A DNA stretch of 64,000 bases from Octopus sinensis. Its lineage: Eukaryota. The notes beneath the pieces were generated by a model, which was given only the letters and a program-made list of their open reading frames with translations, did no database searches and was not told where the DNA came from. Both the position numbers and the translations under genes were made by a program. Shown here piece by piece: positions 58,900 to 64,000 of this stretch (the stretch's first letter is position 1; each line of letters starts with the position of its first letter). The DNA lies in NCBI RefSeq assembly GCF_006345805.1, contig NC_042997.1, positions 150,412,001-150,476,000 of the forward strand, read 5' to 3'.

Positions 58900-60780
58900 T
58901 CAGTTCCTCTTCAGGGAGCCTTCATTCCTTAAAAAATTGGAAGAAAATCACTACGTAAAATTGCAAATAGGAAGTAAATATACTTTTTAATTTAGAGAAA
59001 GACAAATAGAGGGTTCTAAATTCAAGAAGAAAAAATAAAACAATAACTAAATTGGAAGCAAAACGTCAGAAGAGAAAATACTCTGGAAGCAGCAGGACTG
59101 CTTAAGTTTATCAGCTCAGCAAATGCATGCAGGCTAAACATCTTCGAAGAATGTGAGCGCTTCTTCTAGAAAAAGGGAAAGGTTGTATATTTGTACAGAA
59201 TATATACTTTGCATTATTAAAAAGAAAACAAATGATAATACCTTACTTAATGTATTAAGGAAGAGAACCAGCATGAAAGGTATAATATTAATAAAAATTT
59301 AAAACCCCTTGAAACAGAAGTAATCTTTAAGCTTATCAGTAAAAGTATGCAAGATAAAATGTTTGAAAAAAAGTAAGCGAGTTTTCCACAAGAAAAAAGG
59401 GTATTTGAATTTTATAAAATAATAGCGTTTCGCAAATACGTAAACAACATAAAAGTAAAATGTAACACGAAATACCTAGAGGCATCAGCAGAAATTCAAA
59501 CATAGTTGGATAGAATATGAACCAATAAGGAAAAAAAATAACATTCACAAGTAAAATACAAACTGGCTCTGAGTGACAAACGAAAGAAGAAATATCGAAA
59601 ATAATACATCCTGCATCCGTTATTGTATATACTTTTGCCTCAAATATAGTTGAACTATAATTTTGCCAGCATCTTAGGATGTACAGCGGAAACACATAAC
59701 GAAGAGGAAACTAAGCACGAATGGGCATCATATTGGTAATTACAGACGAAATTAAGGTTAATTCCTTAGCACGCTCAAAATTGCACGGACATAAACCGCT
59801 TGATAACAGCAGACAAGTATCTAAAGTGTCTAGTGTAAAATGGCCGTAAATATCAGCGAATGGCGAACAAGATTATAGAAGACAGTAAACAGAGGAAAGT
59901 AAATCTTAGCATGGCGCTGGGTTGATTACCAAAACACAGAAGGCACTGGACACTCTTCACATAAAATCTCCTCAAAATACTAACAAAATACATAAATCAT
60001 TCAAATGGAGACAACAGTGATATTAGTGTAATCCAAACAGGTAGCAAAAACTAGTACCCAGCCCATAAAAGGACACTTTCAAGGAGACATATTTTGCACG
60101 CTGCTGTTCTGTATAACGCTCAATGAAATCACTAATTGACAGAGACAATACATAAAATTCATCTCTATATAAATGAGAAAATTTATTTATAGGGACAGTT
60201 TGGAAAACCAACTAAAACTTTTGGCATAAATCAAACCGAAACGTAAATTGAGTGGGCGATTAGACGAAAGTACGAAAGCTACCATAAAATGCAATGAGTT
60301 CATTAAAACTGAATTTCAAATTAGAAAAAAAGACTGAAATAAAAAAAAAATCGTCACAATCGCCATTGCAATTATTTAGCATTAGATGAAGCTAGCACAA
60401 TACAGGACAGAATACTAAAGGAGTAAATTAGAAAATAACTGTTTAGAAAAGAATAGGGTAAATTAGAATAAATTACACAAAAAGAAAATAGTTGGAAAAG
60501 AGCTCTGGGAAGCGTCTGGGAAGTGTTAAAGCGAAACTAAGTGGTAAAATTGCGAAAGTAAAAATTAGTGAATTAAAGGGTTTGAACAAACATAAAAACA
60601 ATAGAAGAAAGGAAAAGAAAAGAAACATCCAACTATAATAATGGCACCTGAAAGATAGTATAATGTCTATGGTACCAGAACAAATATTAATCAACTGCAA
60701 AGGAACAATAGTGTGCCTAAAAACATACATAGAGACGAGAGCCAGAAACATGATGATTTTGAAAACATACAGAAAGTGAT
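58900..60780 (+). pseudogene. Very old R4/Dong-like LINE RT remnant
   Basis: aatcttagcatggc-g-ctgggttgattaccaa gives frameshifted NLSMAWVDYQ near 59902, within an A-rich sense strand. Boundaries uncertain. Confidence 0.45.
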
Positions 60781-60929
60781 ATTCAGAAAAAAAAACACCC
60801 ATAATTCATCTGAAACTATAATTTTTTTTAAAATGCGCTAAATGTAGAAAATTTCCGATTTTTCCAATGCCCAGCCACAAATAACTGCATGGAATCGGCG
60901 GCCATGTTACACTTTGAATATAAATTTTA

Positions 60930-62090
60930 AATATTTGGGGAAAATTTTCAAAATATTTTTCTAAAATTATTAGGGAAAATTTTCCAAAAATTTTTCCAAA
61001 ATTATTAGGGAAAATTTTCATAAAATTTTTGTGGAAAATTTTCATAAAATTTTTCTAAAATTTTAGGGAAAATTCTCAAAAATTTTTGCGGAAAATTTTC
61101 AAAAAATTTTAATGAAATTTTGGGGAAAATTTCAAAAAAATTTTGGTTAAATATATGGGGAAAATTTGCAAAATATTGTTCTGAAATTTTGGGTAACATT
61201 TTCAAAAAATTTTTCTAAAATTTTCGGGAAAATTTTCAAATAATCTTTTTTTAATTTTGAGAGAAAATTGTCATAAATATTTTTCTAAAATTTTTAGGGA
61301 AAATTTTGAGAAAATTTATCAAAAATTTCTGCGGAAAATTTTCTAAAAATTCTTCAAAATGTTTAGGGGGAAATTTTCCAAAAATTTTTTCTAAAATCTA
61401 GGGGAATTTAATAGAAATTTTTCTAAAACTCTGGGAAAAATTTTCAAAAAACTTTTCAAAGCTTTTGAGGAAAATTGTCAAAAAATTTTCAAAAATTTTG
61501 GGTAAAATTTTCAAAAAATTTTTGTAACATTTTGGTGAAAACTTTTCAAAAAATTTTTCAAAAATTATTAGGGTGAATTTTCAAAAAATTTTTGGGGAAA
61601 ATTTTCAAAAAATTTTTTAAAAATTGGGGGGAAAATTTTTAAAAGATTTTTGAAAAATTTTTGGGGAAAATTTTCCGAAAATTTTTCAAGAGTTTTTGGG
61701 AAAAATTTTCCGAAAATTTTTCAAAAGGTTTTGGGGAAAATTTTCCCAAAATTTTTCAAGAACTCTTGCGGAAAATTTTCGAAAAATTTTTCTAAAATAT
61801 TGGGGAAAATTTTCAAAAAATTTTTATGAAATTTTGGGGAAAATTTTCAAAAAATTTTGGTTAAATATATGGGGAAAATTTTCTAAAAATTCTTCTAAAA
61901 TTTTGGGGAAAATTTTCTAAAAATTCTTCCAAAATTTTGGGGAAAATTTCCCAAAAACTTTTCTAAAATTTTGGGGAAAATTTTTAAAAAATTTTTAAAA
62001 AATTATGGGGGAAAATTTTCATAAACATTTTTCTAAAATTGTCATAAGCATTTTTCTAAAATTTTGGGGTTAAATTTTCGAAAGATTTCT
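60930..62090. repeat. Degenerate ~33-35-bp satellite made of ~11-bp AnTn subunits
   Basis: Consensus is roughly GGGGAAAATTTT-CAAAAAATTTTT-CTAAAATTTT, repeated over ~1.15 kb. Confidence 0.9.
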
Positions 62091-62352
62091 ACAAATGTTC
62101 TGGTAACTGATCGTTTTGAGATCTTGTTTGTAATTTTTGGTGATCCATGGTGCAACGAACAACATGGTAAAAATCCCTGCCATAAATTTGGTGTAAATGG
62201 GTAATATCAAATAATTCAATCACAACATATATTTAAATTCAACATGGATAAATTGAAATATTATTTTTCAGTATTTTATAAAGTAAAATCTTAAATTATT
62301 GACACATTATTACTTATCTTATAACAGCAATGTCTGGAAAAATCATGGATTG

Positions 62353-62650
62353 CATGGAAAATTGCAAGCATGAAAAATAAGATTCTTAAGATTATAAACC
62401 TGGAAAAGTACAGAACAAGTTATTACACCTGTAAGAGTATAGGACAAGCTATTACTTCAAATAAAGAATAAGAAACTTTTTACTTAAAATATTGCAGCTA
62501 AAATTAAAATTTGAATATTAAAAATTACTTTTATTATAGTTTTCAAAGTAGTAGTTTGTCCTATACATTTACAGGTTTAATAACTCGTCCCGTACTTTTC
62601 CAGGTTTATAATATTAAGAACATTACTTTTCATTCTTGCATTTTTCCATG
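62353..62650. repeat. Diverged fold-back inverted repeat, ~130-bp arms
   Basis: catggaaaattgcaag...cctggaaaagtac...cctgtaa..gtataggacaa is mirrored by ttgtcctatac..ttacagg...gtacttttccagg...cttgcatttttccatg. Confidence 0.85.
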
Positions 62651-62662
62651 TATATATATATA

Positions 62663-62712
62663 CTAGCAGAGATTCAATTGAATAATTATAATTTTCTGTT
62701 ATATATATATAT

Positions 62713-62760
<48 letters not shown>

Positions 62761-64000
62761 GTATATATATATGTATATTAATATAAATACATGACAGTAC
62801 ATGAAGTTTGTTAAAAAAAGGGGATCATGTATATACCTCCTGGCTGTTGAGATTATAACACCTCGTTGTAAACAATGTTCCTTGTTTTTCCTTGTTGAGC
62901 ATATACAAAAAGTTTTCTTTTGGTTCCTACTCTTGAGCAGCCAACATACAGTTGCCCATGCGAGAAGCAGGGCTCTTCCTAGAGAAGACCAGCTACAGAG
63001 AGGGTTTGACCCTAAGATTTGAGATTTGTTAATGGACATGGCAGAGCTGACACGAAGGAGGAAATGAAGTCTTCTAAATGTAAATTGAATTTCTGCTCCT
63101 GATGGAGTAAGAGGAATTCTTGGAATAAAGACGTCATCACCTTTTCCACATCCAGAAAGAATGATCGCCTCGATAACGTGTGTCATCATTTTCTTTATCA
63201 CCATTCTTGGTGGTACCAGATTGCGGAGTAGCATTAAAGGAGTTCCAATTTTAAGTGCTAATATGTGTGGAGGTAGACCAGGAGGCTCCAGTGAATTGAG
63301 AAATTCAGGAAGATAGTTCACAACTTCATTTCTATCTGGAATTGTATAAACAGACTTGTAAGTGTGTATAGTGCCGGGAAGAGAATGCATTAGCTGTTGA
63401 TTAATTTTGTTAACAGCGACGTTTTTTGGAGCTAATATTGCTCTTTTCCACAGCCAATTGTGATTTTGGTAGTTTTGTGTGAAGTTGGGAAAGACTTCGT
63501 TTTTGAGGTCATCTACAAAATTAACAACAGAGGAAAATGGCCACAATTCCATTTGTCCTGCGGCATCGAGAGGCATCACCTTCACCAAGTGTCAAGATGT
63601 TCTGTGCAAACTTTGTGGACATTTTGTCGCCGTGTAGCTGAGCTCTCATGTTAGTGGTGAGACTGAGGATTGTAACATGATGTCACAGGTGGAGACTTTA
63701 AGCATGCTTGGACTTCATTTGCTCTGGTGCCTTTGGGAATGACAGGATGAGTTTGCCTGAAATCACCTGACAACAGAAGCGTTACACCTCCCATTGGAGC
63801 CTGAGAGTCTCGGATGTCTTTCAGGGCTCTATCTAATGCTTTCAAAGCTCCCTTGTGAGCCATAGTGCACTCATCTCAGAAAATTAGATGACACATTTTA
63901 AGTACTTGTCCCTTATCTGAGCTTTTGTTGATGTTGCATGAAGGAATTTCGGATGCTGCTAAATTGAGAGTAGTTTAAAAGTTGAGTGTGCTGTCCTGCC
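62663..64000 (-). pseudogene. Helitron PIF1-like helicase domain, frameshifted, continuing beyond the window
   Basis: ALDRALKDI...PMGGVTLLLSGDFRQTHPVIP, RAILAPKN, PEFLNSLEPPGLPPHILALKIGTPLMLLRNL, FIPRIPL, AMSINKSQ. Candidate CTAG terminus at 62663-62666. Confidence 0.9.

Noticed and set aside
62686-63863. Host PIF1 helicase gene
   Set aside because: Intronless, frameshifted, has Helitron-type motifs and runs into a microsatellite.

Overview
Eukaryotic, AT-rich, microsatellite-dense DNA. The SINE families and (TA)n/(ATAC)n/(GATA)n/(AAT)n content look like an Octopus (coleoid cephalopod) genome; this is pattern recognition, not a database result. I see no intact host protein-coding gene, so the window is probably intergenic or deep intronic. 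There is one 100-N scaffold gap. It holds tRNA-derived SINEs, decayed Tc1/mariner elements, R4/Dong-type and RTE LINE fragments, Penelope-like (PLE) remnants with hammerhead-ribozyme motifs, and Helitrons. Main observations: (1) 1403-5736 is a ~2.17-kb composite non-autonomous Helitron inserted, inverted, into another copy of itself, with exact A^T junctions; (2) a minimal PLE-type hammerhead ribozyme, plus fold-back palindromes that pivot on hammerhead-like motifs; (3) a Helitron Rep fossil at ~22.9-24.5 kb that the ORF track misses; (4) a ~1.15-kb phased AnTn array (bent-DNA/PATC-like) at ~61-62 kb.
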